A stretch of DNA of 63,659 nt, the filler included, from Octopus bimaculoides (taxonomy: Eukaryota): NCBI RefSeq assembly GCF_001194135.2. It is 6 parts of 6 records of this genome, joined end to end, with 100 filler letters (N's around TTAATTAATTAA, not from the genome) between each part and the next. Parts side by side here need not be neighbours in the genome. Positions count along the whole stretch, not along the records: positions 13,190 to 27,334 come from NC_068982.1; positions 27,435 to 45,695 come from NC_068986.1; 4 more parts are not named here. One strand, written 5' to 3'. The notes beneath the pieces are model-generated. The model had not been told where the DNA came from and searched no databases. It worked only from the letters and a program-made list of their open reading frames with translations. How positions within the stretch are numbered: position 1 is the stretch's first letter; each line of letters starts with the position of its first letter. This document shows positions 24,900-36,543 of the stretch, piece by piece. The translations under genes were made by a program, and so were the position numbers.

Positions 24900-25400
24900 G
24901 ACTGTTCAGGAATGTGCAACCAGACGAATAACCACCGTCAGGTGTCTATCATGCTCTGAATGTCTTTCTTCTCTGGAAATGGACACATTAAAACGCCAAT
25001 GTCTGGCAACTGATCCAGCAGACACCCTCAAGATTATCTACCATTTTTCCAACAACAATCTTGGGCACCTTTTTGAATTCCATTCATCTAACACTCATGT
25101 AACATGCTTTCAAAATCAAAACTCAACACAGCACCTATAACTTTCAGAAACATTTTCACATTCAGAATTGCTGAACCATGGAATAAACTCCCTACATCAG
25201 TTGTTTGCAGTTGAGACACTACATCCTTCAAAACTTCCATGCTTCTGAAATTCGTCAACAGTACACCTGTTACCCCCCCCTCGCTCCCGTTTCGTCTTCC
25301 ATTTTTTTAAGACGTTTTCACTGTTCACTTTTTGTGCATATTATATGCAATGTTCATGCAGTTTTAGTTACTTTTTCTGATGAGTTGCAGGGCACTTGGG
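24900..25400 (+). mobile_element. 3' end of a CR1/L2-like LINE
   Basis: FTFRIAEPWNKLPTSVV, typical of CR1-type ORF2 C-termini, followed by a 3' UTR. Confidence 0.55.
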
Positions 25401-25459
25401 TGCTTTTACATGTCACCAGCATAGATGTTGCTATATGTCACCAGCACAGGCCACAATAA

Positions 25460-25740
25460 GGATTTCACTTGGCTCGACAAGTCTTAAGTGGTTGGATGAG
25501 CAGTTTGGAATCAGTCATGAAGATCAGGAAGGCACAAATATTGATAGCTTGTCACAAACTAAAGAAAGTCTGCAACACCAAATTGCCCAGGCAAATCAAA
25601 AAGAAGCTGTTCATTGCAGCTGTTGAATCAGTGCTATCGTATGGTAGTAAAATATGGACACTGACAAAGAAATGATCAAATGGGCTAAATGGATGTTACA
25701 CAAGGATGCTACAAATGGCTCGATCTTTCCATACAGACAT
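25460..25740 (+). mobile_element. RTE-like LINE ORF2 C-terminal fragment
   Basis: KIRKAQILIACHKLKKV..KKLFIAAVESVLSYGSKIWTLTK..GCYTRMLQMA. Confidence 0.7.
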
Positions 25741-26011
25741 AACACAGGTTTTTTGGATAAAGTTTTTAGAAATAAACCAATAGGATTATTCTGTGAAATA
25801 TTCATTGGTCCCACTAGTGCAAATTAATATCCATTCTTGTACACCAGAAAGATCAGAAATTCAACAAAGATTAAAATATCTAGGGCAAATGAAAGGGAAT
25901 CATAAAAAAAATGGCATGATATGAGATTAACAAAACTTGACTAAATCAAAAAACTCAACATCAGATATTCACCATAGCTTCTTTACAATCTTCTGGAGTG
26001 GCTCTTGGTAG

Positions 26012-26470
26012 AATTCTGGTTTAAGCAGCCCATATAATTCCTCATAATTTTTAAATCTCTTGGAATTTTCAAAGCATTTTTGTGAATTTGTGTTCAACAC
26101 ATAAGAATTCATACAACAATGAAAAAAACTTTGTTTTTAATTTTTCAAATTTTTTTTTTAAATCACAGTCTGAATTTTTGGCTTCAATCCCAGGAATTGG
26201 CCATTAAATGTGTTTCTGGGGAGAAAAATATTGAAAAGCATCAATATGTCAGAGTGACAAAGAAGCAAGGAGGGTATCAGGTGGTTGTGAGATGTTCTAA
26301 AAATGATAGCTGAATAGCCCTTAAATCAAACACAAAAGTAATTTTTTTTGTGGGGGTTCTTTTCATAGTTGTATGAATTCCCATGCGTAGAATACAAATT
26401 TGCAAAAATTTTCTGAAAATGCCAAAAAAATTAAAATTGAGGGATTATACGGGGAGCTTAAAACAGAATT
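26012..26470. mobile_element. fold-back/MITE element with ~115-bp inverted arms
   Basis: 26012-26130 is near-complementary to 26355-26470; inserted among diverged direct repeats. Confidence 0.7.
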
Positions 26471-26974
26471 GCACCTGGCTCTCTTCCTGATGCATTTATG
26501 CACCATTCAGTTGAAGAGAAGAGATTACTGAAATTAGTTGTTACTTGTTTTGCCCCAATTTAGACATAACTTTTTGAAAACTGGAACATTATCAAATTGG
26601 ACATCAACATGGGAAAAAATTGATGTGTAGTCCAACAGAGAAAAGAATATTGATTGTTAAACACTGAAAGGATAGTGGAAAAATGGCACATGACCTGAAG
26701 TTACTGAAACTTTAAATAAATCTAAAAACTCAACATAAAATATTCTCTATCTGCAGAAGTGGCTCTCTTCATGATTATATTCACACATCAAGCAATTAAA
26801 GAGAATAAATTACTGGTATTAGTCATTACTCATTTTGCCCCAGTTTAGTCAACCATTTTTGAAAATTTGAAAATGATCAAATTAGACATTGGTGTGTGAA
26901 AAATCTGACTTGGAGCCCAACAGAGAAAAGAATTTGGATTATTAAACACCAAAAATTATCTAGATATTTTATTA

Positions 26975-27334
26975 GCAAAGGTGACGCTTTAGATATAAAT
27001 AATTACAGAGGCATCAAGCTGTTAGATCAGGTTATGAAAGTTACGGAGAGGGTCATAGCCCAACTAATTAGATGAGATGTAGTTTGGGTTCGTGCCAGGT
27101 AAAAGCACTACTGATGCCATATTTCTAGTAAGACAGCTGCAGGAGAAATACCTAGCCAAGGATAAACCTCTGTACCTGGCTTTTGTTGACATGGAGAAAG
27201 CCTTTGACAGGGTCCCCCGATCCCTTATCTGGTGGTCAATGAGGAAACTTGGGATAGAAGAACGGTTAGTGAGAGCTGTGCGAGCCATGTACATAGATGT
27301 TGCCAGTAAGGTGAGGGTTGGAAATGAGTACAGC
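26975..27334 (+). mobile_element. RTE-clade LINE reverse transcriptase fragment (relatively intact)
   Basis: NYRGIKLL..FGFVPGKSTTDAIFLVRQLQEKY..AFVDMEKAFDRVPR..WWSMRKLG; ends at a gap. Confidence 0.9.
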
Positions 27335-27434
27335 NNNNNNNNNNNNNNNNNNNNNNNNNNNNNNNNNNNNNNNNNNNNTTAATTAATTAANNNNNNNNNN
27401 NNNNNNNNNNNNNNNNNNNNNNNNNNNNNNNNNN

Positions 27435-27730
27435 AACACCTAAAGCTCCACGAGGTTCCGGCAGGAGGTGTTGGACGAACCCTGCTGTACTCTTTCACCA
27501 CAACTTTCTCTCACTCTTACTTCCTGTTTCTGTTGTACCTGTAATTCAAAGGGTCAGCCTTGTCACACCCTGTGTCACGCTGAATTTCCCCGAGAACTAC
27601 GTTACGGGTACACGTGTCTGTGGAGTGCTCAGCCACTTGCACGTTAAATTCACGAGCAGGCTGTTCCGTTGATCGGATCAACTGGAACCCTCGTCGTCGT
27701 AAGCGACGGAGCGCCAACAACAACAACAAC
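27435..27730 (+). mobile_element. SINE family D (tail ends ACGGAG.GCC(AAC)n)
   Basis: Near-identical copies at 61343-61650(+) and 37345-37830(-); the latter shows a tRNA-like head (GGAGGCGCAATGGCCCAGTGGTTAGG..GTTTCGATTCC). Confidence 0.85.
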
Positions 27731-27964
27731 TGTAAGGTAACATTAGTATTAGCGAGTAATCGCTGAGTGTTTCACATATTATACATATCATTGCAGCGCT
27801 CTCGAACGCACTCATACATGAAGACGTGTTGGTACATAGCTACTGTTGGACCATATTAATGCAAGAACGTGTATATGTGAAAGATTCAGTAATTACCGCT
27901 GAAAGAAACAATTGTAGTGTTTTGGATTAAAGCCTACTAATTTCATCATCATATATGATTTTTA

Positions 27965-28003
<39 letters not shown>

Positions 28004-28119
28004 TGAGAAACAGGAGGCAGTCAGAATTTTGGAGAATTCTTAATTAGCGCTTCTTTATTAGTATTTTCTCAATATACAATATCTGTACACCACTTCAAAC
28101 TCTCTCTCTTTCTCTCTCT

Positions 28120-28161
<42 letters not shown>

Positions 28162-28200
28162 CTCTCTCTCTTTATCTCTCGCCGCCTTATATATTCTTTT

Positions 28201-28777
28201 CTACTCTAAGCACAAGGCCCAAAATTTTGGGGGTAGGGGTCAATCGATTAGATCGACCCCCAAAGTCAACTTCAGCGGAATTTGAACTCAGAACGTACAG
28301 ACAGACGAAATGCCGATAAGCATTTCGCCCGGCGTGCTAACGTTTCTGCCAGATCACCGCACAAGGCTCAAAATTTGGGCGGCAGAGGGCCAATCGACTA
28401 GTTCGACCCCAGTACGCAACTGGTACTTAATTTATCGACCCCCGAAAGGATGAAAGGCAAAGTCGACTTCGGTGGAATTTGAACTCAGAACATTAAGACA
28501 GACGAAATACCGCTAAGCATTTCGCCCGGTGTGCTAACGTTTCTTATTTCTTTATTGCCCACAAGGGGCTAAACATAGAGGGGACAAACAAGGACAGACA
28601 AAGGCGTTAAGTCGATTACATCGACTCCAGTGCGTAACTGGTACATATTTAATCGACCCGAAAAGGATGAAAGGCAAAGTCGACCTCGGCGGAATTTGAA
28701 CACAAAACGTAACGGCAGACGAAATACCGCTAAGCATTTCGTCCGGCGTACTGACGTTTCTGCCAGCTCACCGCCTT
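28201..28777 (-). mobile_element. head-to-tail trimer of tRNA-derived SINE family B
   Basis: Three successive units, each with GAGTTCAAATTCC B-box; two also carry the full GTCGACTTTGCCTTTCATCC..GGTCGAT..AGTACCAGTT core (MetaSINE-like, from memory). Other copies at 11790-11950, 33150-33480, 35095-35470, 39440-39570, 43966-44200 and 53800-54290. Confidence 0.85.
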
Positions 28778-29128
28778 CAAACTTGTCTACATTGTCACTC
28801 ATACGACACTATTTGTTGGGTTTCATTTTAGCTTTATTTTTAGCAAGATTTGTTCTATCATTCAGCAAGAGTTTCTTTTTCCTTCTTCGACGGATAGTAA
28901 ATAAAGACGAAGAAATGTTCATAGTTTATATCAACAACATCTTTTTTATTCCATTAACGAGGGAGAAAAAATACATCACAGAGGATCAATAGCAAATACA
29001 AACAGAAAATTCCAATTCCCAAATATTGGAAAGCAAAAGTTCAGAATTACAAAGAAAGGTTTTTTAAATTTATAACAGAAAAGCTTTTATACAATATACG
29101 TATCTTCCTGCAGTAATGTGTACTCGCA

Positions 29129-29159
<31 letters not shown>

Positions 29160-29469
29160 ATCATCTGATCGACCAGATTATCGGATGTTGTTATACATCG
29201 CTGGCCACAATGCGCTTGGCATTGTTACAGCTTTCGAACGATGCCTAGGCGAGCAGGCTAACATTGCTCGATGGCAAGTGAACCCCTGCGCCATTAGTAT
29301 CCATATATGGGATCCCCATGTTAGTATCTAAGAGGCCCGTCCCCTCAAGTTTGAGAATTTTTTATTCACTCCTGGAAGAATGCATTAATTATTTCAGCCT
29401 GGCTGTGTTTGTAGACAGTTGAAAAGGATATTTTTAGCACAAAAAAAAAAATTAAATGATAGCATTGTA

Positions 29470-29730
29470 GTTGCAGGTGGGTCCCCGTATAGTTGCGGGT
29501 GGGCCCCTTGGCAGTTGCGAGTGGGTACCCTTGCAGTTGCGGGTGAGCCCCCATATGGTTGCGGGTGGGTCCCCATGCAGTTGCGAGTGGGTCCCCTTGT
29601 AGCTGCGTGTGGGCCCCCATGCAGTTGCGGGTGGGCCCCCATGCAGTTGCGAGTGGATCCCCTTGTAGTTACGTGTGGGCCCCCATGCAGTTGCGAGTGG
29701 GTCCCCTTGTAGTTGCGGCTGGGCCCCCTT
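29470..29730. repeat. GC-rich 22-bp minisatellite (~12 copies, GTGGGTCCCCATGCAGTTGCGR)
   Basis: Unit starts at 29521, 29543 and 29565, giving period 22. Confidence 0.92.
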
Positions 29731-30840
29731 AGTCTCCTGACAACCAATACTTTTAGACCCAGTCCGCCACTGATACAGACCACCAACAATGTACCATAGA
29801 TATAACCCACTGCACACACTAAACCATGTCCAAGTATGTCTATACATTCAAGCATTTCATTTTTATCCATTAAAGACATCTTACGGAATACTCCAACATC
29901 ATTTATGCCCAATGTGATGACGTTCTTAATGTTGTTCTTCGCATTTAATTTTATTTCTATAAACTTTCTCACTTTCCTCTTTGGATTAGATTTCTTTCTC
30001 TTTCACCTCATCATTTACATTCTGCGCCCGTTTTCAGTAATCCTGCAGCCATTTACAGGTTAAGAAAGCTTGCTTTACGACAGCCAAGTATTTTCGAGTT
30101 TAGCTCCATCGCGCGGGGCCTTGGACAAGTGTTTTCTACTATAACTCCGAGTTGACCAATGCCTTGTGAGTGAATCTGGTAGACGGAAACTTCGTGGAAG
30201 CCCGTCGTATGTGTGTGTGTTTTTTTCGCTGCTCGAAAAATGTTCGTTTTCTATGTTTTCGTTTTCGTTTCTCATTGTGTTTAACGTTTTTTTGAAGTCC
30301 TGTACCCATATATGCATGTATGTATACAAATATATGTAGGTATGTACATATATGTATGGATATATGCATATATTTATATATTATTTCTATTATTATATAT
30401 ATATATTATTTCTATTATATATATCTGCCTTAATTCTTCGAAACGCCGGAGTTTTAATGGTGGCAGCTGATGAAGGGGATGTTTCTATGTGGCCTGCTTG
30501 TTTGTTGTCCTTGTTCTTTTGCCACGTCATGTACCCAGTTATGTATCTATATGTACATGTAGATGAAAGTATATACATACATGTACATATATATGCATAT
30601 ACTCATATATTGTTTATATATATATATATATATATATATTGATTTGTTTCAGTCATTTTGACTGCGGCCATGCTGGAACACCGCCTTCAGTCGAACAATC
30701 AACCCCAGGACTTATTCTTTGTAAGCCTAGTACTTATTCTATCGATTTCTCTGTTGCCGAACCGCTAAGTTACGGTGACGTACACACACCAACATCGATT
30801 GTCAAAAGATATTAGGGGGAGAAACACAAAAACATATACA

Positions 30841-30877
<37 letters not shown>

Positions 30878-31439
30878 CAGATTGAAATATCTTTAACGGT
30901 TTTGTTTTTAGTCTCCTTTCTTTGACAGCTCCTGGATGGACATATATTTATATATATAGATAGATCTGGTAACTGACCAGTGGTCGCGATATAGCTACAG
31001 TCAATTAGCTAAGGCAGCTTATGCCACTCAACTTCGACTACGAAATTCGACGACTTCAACAAACCATTTGGATTGCTGACACGTACGTCTCTCACACACG
31101 AATTGCTTCACTTGATCTAAATATCTGTTTCCCATCGAAGTCGCAACGACAGCATTTTTGTCAACGATTCATAAATGTTTTCGTATTTGGGATTCACATA
31201 GGTTTTTGATCTGTCAACTAAGCAAATATTATGTCGTTACAAATTATTGAGTAACAAATTTTTAAATTTAGAAATTGTTGCGGCGAAAAAAAAGACAATA
31301 TTCATAAATGACTAATGTAATCTTTATTTTTAAACTAACCTGTAATACGTATCTACTGATGTGTTTTAATTCAAGTGTATTGTATTGTATTATTTTTTTT
31401 TTGTGTCCCTCGTTCGTCTTTTTCACGTGTCTTGTATTT

Positions 31440-31900
31440 AGTTCTGCTGAGGATATCTTGCAACCCTCCTCACCAGGCAAGACTAATGAAGGTTCCTGTT
31501 TAGTTCACGATGACCCAAGCATGCAACAGGATGTACTGGATTCCATGCTATCAGAGCGCTCTTGAAAGAAACCTGACGACCTGGTAAAAACAAGTCCTGT
31601 CAAAAGTATGGATGAACCTTGTGTAAGTTCAACGACTTTCTAACAATAGTATAGGCCCTCAGAGATTCTGGGTTGATGTCCAGCGTGCTGGAAGGTTACT
31701 GGGAGTGAGGCACCCCTTAGCTTTTGAAAAAGCATATCACTAGAACCTGCTGCAAACCGCAGCTACGTCTGCTCCGATAATCGGTGGTGACTTGGTCAAC
31801 GAACCCTCTGCGACGGTCGTCAATCGATTGCAAAGTGAGCTGCTACGGATCTCTATAACACATAGTACAAGGGAGAGTAATCTTTGTACAGTTTCTTTTT
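31440..31900 (+). pseudogene. stop-interrupted coding-like remnant, probably retroelement-derived
   Basis: Higher GC; frames SAEDILQPSSPG.. and QRFWVDVQRAGRLLGVRHPLAFEKAYH*..; family not recognised. Confidence 0.3.
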
Positions 31901-32181
31901 TCTTTGTTATCTCCCTTCGATTATTCAACATGATGCATTTCACAAATATTCGTGAGAAAATATTTGACATATTACGCCGAAACGGATTTTATTTCTTTAA
32001 ATATGTTTCGATCGAATGCTTATCTAAAATCTCAATATATTTAAATAAATTTTCTTTCAATCCCCTTTAATTTGTCTGAATTTATCACTGTAACATAGTA
32101 TTATTTACTTAATTACATTCCAAACTTTGTAGCTAACTACATTTCTGTTCTTATGAAACAGCTTAAAATAAAACGAGCAGT

Positions 32182-32851
32182 GGATCTATTTCAAAACGGG
32201 GGAACCAGTTTTCATTTATGTTTTATGTAGTGTTTTTGGTACCGAAAGACTTTCAAACTTCGTATACTTATCTATTTTGTGTTATAGAACACAAAAAAAA
32301 ATTTGTATTCGAATTTATTTCATGTAAAAAATTGTCTTATTTCGATAATTTCTACTAATCACGTCTAATCAGTTGAAAACAGTTAGCGCTGTAACGGTGT
32401 ATATCGTATTAATCCCCTAACCCTAACCCTAANNNNNNNNNNNNNNNNNNNNNNNNNNNNNNNNNNNNNNNNNNNNNNNNNNNNNNNNNNNNNNNNNNNN
32501 NNNNNNNNNNNNNNNNNNNNNNNNNNNNNNNNNNNNNNNNNNNNNNNNNNNNNNNNNNNNNNNNNNNNNNNNNNNNNNNNNNNNNNNNGATGAAATATGT
32601 CACAGGGAATAACATTTTTATAACCGCCCAACAGTAACTCTATTCAGCTGAATAGACGTCAGTGATTGGTTGAAATTACAGAAATACGACAACTTTAACA
32701 TGGAATAACTTGCGATGTACGTTTTTTTTGTTAAGAAGACTAAGAGTAAAAGATGTTTTATATGACACATTCTACCAGTGTCCCAAGTTTCAAAGTGTTT
32801 CGTTAGTGTTTCGTTAAGAAAATACTGGTGCCCCCGTTTTGAAATAGATCC
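32182..32851. mobile_element. non-autonomous TIR transposon with 8-bp target duplication and internal (CCCTAA)n; Merlin- or hAT-like
   Basis: TIRs GGATCTATTTCAAAACGGGGG / CCCCCGTTTTGAAATAGATCC; flanks CGAGCAGT / TGAGCAGT; telomere-like repeat at 32415-32432 running into a gap. Confidence 0.85.
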
Positions 32852-33493
32852 TGAGCAGTTAACAGTACCCTATTTCTAACAAATAGATTTTTTTTTTAAT
32901 TCCAGTAGTTTTCAATTTATACTTTTAATATATTCTGAGAGTCAACTGGTAAAAACGTATAACGTTTGAGAGATTTGTTTAAAATCAAGATGGCCGTCTT
33001 CCCTATAACCATATCAACTGTGTAAAGTATAAATAAGGGAATTTAGTCATCTCCCATTTTAGGCAAGTAAATGAAAATAAAGAATAATTAATTCTGATAG
33101 ATTATTACAGCGGTTAATTGACAGAGTGATTAGAATAGACTGAAGTGTGGTATTTGTTGCGATTTTCTGCATTTTGAGGTCAAATCCTGCCGAGGTCATT
33201 CTTGCTTTTCATCATTTTGGGGACGATAAAAAGGTTCCCTTCTTGGGAAGGGATTGGTGGAATTGTCATAGCGTCGGATGAAACACTTGGCAGCATCTGT
33301 TTCGGTTTTGTACATTCTGAGTTCAAATTCCGCCCCGTCACAGATAAACGTTGACACTTCTTTCACTTCTCTTGACTTTCATCCTTTTGTGGTCCATAAA
33401 ATATGCACCAGTTGAGCACAGAGGTTGATGTAATCGATTCAGCCCCTCCCCCAAGATTGCTGCTCTTGTACCAAAATTTGAAATCAATAAGTT

Positions 33494-34320
33494 TATACAT
33501 TATTTACATTAGACGGATATTTGTCCTCATCTTGTTTGTTGTTAACACGACGTTTCGGCTGATATACCCTCCAGCCTTCATCAGGTGTCTNNNNNNNNNN
33601 NNNNNNNNNNNNNNNNNNNNNNNNNNNNNNNNNNNNNNNNNNNNNNNNNNNNNNNNNNNNNNNNNNNNNNNNNNNNNNNNNNNNNNNNNNNNNNNNNNNN
33701 NNNNNNNNNNNNNNNNNNNNNNNNNNNNNNNNNNNNNNNNNNNNNNNNNNNNNNNNNNNNNNNNNNNNNNNNNNNNNNNNNNNNNNNNNNNNNNNNNNNN
33801 NNNNNNNNNNNNNNNNNNNNNNNNNNNNNNNNNNNNNNNNNNNNNNNNNNNNNNNNNNNNNNNNNNNNNNNNNNNNNNNNNNNNNNNNNNNNNNNNNNNN
33901 NNNNNNNNNNNNNNNNNNNNNNNNNNNNNNNNNNNNNNNNNNNNNNNNNNNNNNNNNNNNNNNNNNNNNNNNNNNNNNNNNNNNNNNNNNNNNNNNNNNN
34001 NNNNNNNNNNNNNNNNNNNNNNNNNNNNNNNNNNNNNNNNNNNNNNNNNNNNNNNCCTATAAAACATTACAAAAATGAAGTAGATTAACAAGTTTATTTT
34101 TTGAACTTTGGAAGGTATGCTAGATGCCGAAATATCGTTCACTTGATAACAAATGGCACTCTTCTTTTCTTTTTTTTGCTTCTATTATTATTATTATTAT
34201 TATTGGAAAATACCTTAGGAATGAGAACCCAGGCTCGAAATTTCCTCAAGACACCTGATGAAGGCTGGAGGGTATATCAGCCGAAACGTGTTAACAACAA
34301 ACAATATGAGGACAAATAAA
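33494..34320. mobile_element. inverted pair of hammerhead-bearing element arms (left arm -, right arm 34185-34320 +) separated by a gap and unique sequence
   Basis: Both arms match 43252-43808. The right-arm hammerhead (34250-34292) lacks the 3-nt cleavage triplet. Confidence 0.75.
33544..33589 (-). ncRNA. minimal type I hammerhead ribozyme (canonical core, GUC triplet)
   Basis: GACAC-CTGATGA-A-GGCTG(GAGGGTATAT)CAGCC-GAA-ACGT-C/GTGTT: stem I GACAC:GTGTT, perfect 5-bp stem II, palindromic ACGT helix III. Confidence 0.8.
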
Positions 34321-34840
34321 ATAATGCCGGCATTACTTTTTTGGGTAAATTTTTGAAGTAAGGCCGGCAATATTTTATTTGCTGCCGACAAAAAACTGCG
34401 CTTGGATTTGAAAAATTATAATATATAAGCACGGGGCACATGCTGGATTGCCTCGTATTTATATGCTTAATCTAGGCGTACCTGCTGATGAAGACTTAGC
34501 CTAGCAAATTATTTTATTTGCTAATATAAAGTCAGAAACCATGGTCCAGGAGATAGATGGTAAAAGTTTTTATTTTTCATTCCCTTCGAAATTTATCCCT
34601 AACAGTGGTTTGGATTTTGGCAATTCCTTCTAGCGTTCCAGGTATCCTCTGATGGATACCTCTTATGTGTTTAAATGTACACTGTATTTATATTTATTTA
34701 TTTATTTATGTGTTTCAGCCAAGTGGCTGCGGTCATGCTGGTGCATTTAGTCTAATGACTAATTTTTCTACACGCTAGGCCACTGGTAGTTAAAATTTCT
34801 CAAATTTTTTCTTACCCTGATATTATTAATTTTATACATA

Positions 34841-34876
<36 letters not shown>

Positions 34877-35682
34877 CTAACATCGCTTGACAACTGCTAC
34901 TGGTGTGTTTCCGTCCCCGTAACTTAGCGGTTTGGCAAAAGAGACTGATAGAATAAGTACTAGGCTTACAAAGAATAAGTCCTGGGGTCGATTTGCTCGA
35001 CTAAAGGCGGTGCTCCAGCATGGCCACAGTCAAATGACTGAAACAAGTAGAAGAGAGGGTAAAGAGAGAACATAAGTCCACCATGGCGATATTTTGAATA
35101 CGTTCTAAGTTCAAATTCCGATGCAACGCAGTTGATTCTGCTTTTTACCCTTTTGGGGTTGATAAAATAAACGCCAATCGAAAACAGGGGTCAATGTAAT
35201 CGACGGACCCTCATCAACAAAATTTGAGGGTCTTGAGCCTATAGAAGAAAGGATTACTGGTAAAGGCGGTGCACTAGCAGAATCGTTAACACACAGAGCG
35301 AAATGCTAAGCGACATTTCTTCCAATTTTACATGTTCCAGGTTCAAATTTCACCAAGGTTGACACTGTCGTTCATCCTTTTGGGGAACAGTAAAATTAGT
35401 GCCAATTGAACGTTGACATCAATATAATCAAATTGCACCCTCCCTCAACTTCCAGGATTTGTGCCTACAGGCGGAAGAGAAAATATACATAATACTCCTG
35501 GATCTAACCACAGATTCCAATTTGTGGCTAAGTAACTGAGATTCAAGGCTTTTTTTTTTTTCTATGTATACGAGTTCCTGCAGTTTGGTGTCTTTTGATC
35601 CAGTTAACTGAAGCTCTCTGATAGTGCTATTAACATTAATTAATTTACGTTAATTAATGCCATTTATCTGGCTATCATTTAA

Positions 35683-35988
35683 CCCATTACCTCCCATAAT
35701 TCTATTAACTGGAAATTTTTTTATGAAACTTTGATTTCTAGCATAAACAAGCCTTAGAAACACACTGGAAGGATCAAAATAACATTTCAAAATAACGTTT
35801 CAAAATAACATTTTAAATAGAAATAAGCGAGATATTGGGTGAAAAATTAGCAAACCTCATTTGAATATCAGAGAAATATACTTAGTAGATATAGCAAAAA
35901 GGTTAGATATGTGCAAATATTGACAGATAATCACAAATTTTGTAATTTTTAAGTGATCTCATATGAGATCACTGGTGTAGGTAATGGG
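35683..35988. mobile_element. piggyBac-type MITE
   Basis: TTAA|CCCATTACCT ... AGGTAATGGG|TTAA. Confidence 0.8.
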
Positions 35989-36495
35989 TTAAGTAACAGT
36001 AAACTGTAAACAACATTCAATTGTTTCAATCAATTAGTTTACTCTCAATTTTAATTTTGATGTGATGAAAAACCGTATAAAATATAAAATTTCTAAATAA
36101 TTAGATGGATTATTTTTGATCATCGTCAATAATGTGGCCGCTGTAATAACACTGACACCGCGAAATATTTTTGAATACATTTGGCACAACAACTGTTTTT
36201 CCTGTTCTGACATTTTAGGGAGGACTTGTGAAGCAGGTTTAATCGTGTAGGACTTCGTATATGCTGTATATCCACCAATTACGCCACCTATTAAGATTAA
36301 TAAAATATGTTTACTTGAGTAAAAAGTTAGTTAAATATGTTAGTATTTTATTCAAGTCATATAATACACTTTAAACATTCGTGACTTGGTACACACCATC
36401 TCCAGGAATGCATTTAATATGTAAATTGATATATCCAATAACTTAACACTGCTGTATGAGGTGGCTATGTGTTCGGAGTCGAAAGTGGGTTACAT

Positions 36496-36543
36496 GGGTG
36501 CTGATGAAGGAACGACAACCCCCGAAATAAGGCATATACACTC
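36496..36543 (+). ncRNA. type I hammerhead motif of a second family (weak stem II)
   Basis: GGGTG-CTGATGA-A-GG..CC-GAA-ATA(AGGCA)TAT-A/CACTC: stem I GGGTG:CACTC, 3-bp stem III, AUA triplet, only 2 bp in stem II. Confidence 0.5.

Noticed and set aside
28201-29730. Possible CRISPR-like repeat-spacer arrays
   Set aside because: The repeats are SINE multimers or spacer-less minisatellites in a eukaryotic context; no cas genes.
29394-29972. 192-aa minus-strand ORF with repeated GPH/GAHPQ motifs
   Set aside because: Largely translation of a 22-bp (non-triplet) minisatellite; no exon structure.
32986-32998. YY1-like CAAGATGGCCG motif suggesting a promoter
   Set aside because: A single short motif with no associated first exon or CpG-rich region.
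34484-34510. CTGATGAAG motif (also CTGANGA hits at about 7030, 7340, 9022 and 39917)
   Set aside because: No correctly placed stem II-GAAA-stem III, so not called hammerheads.
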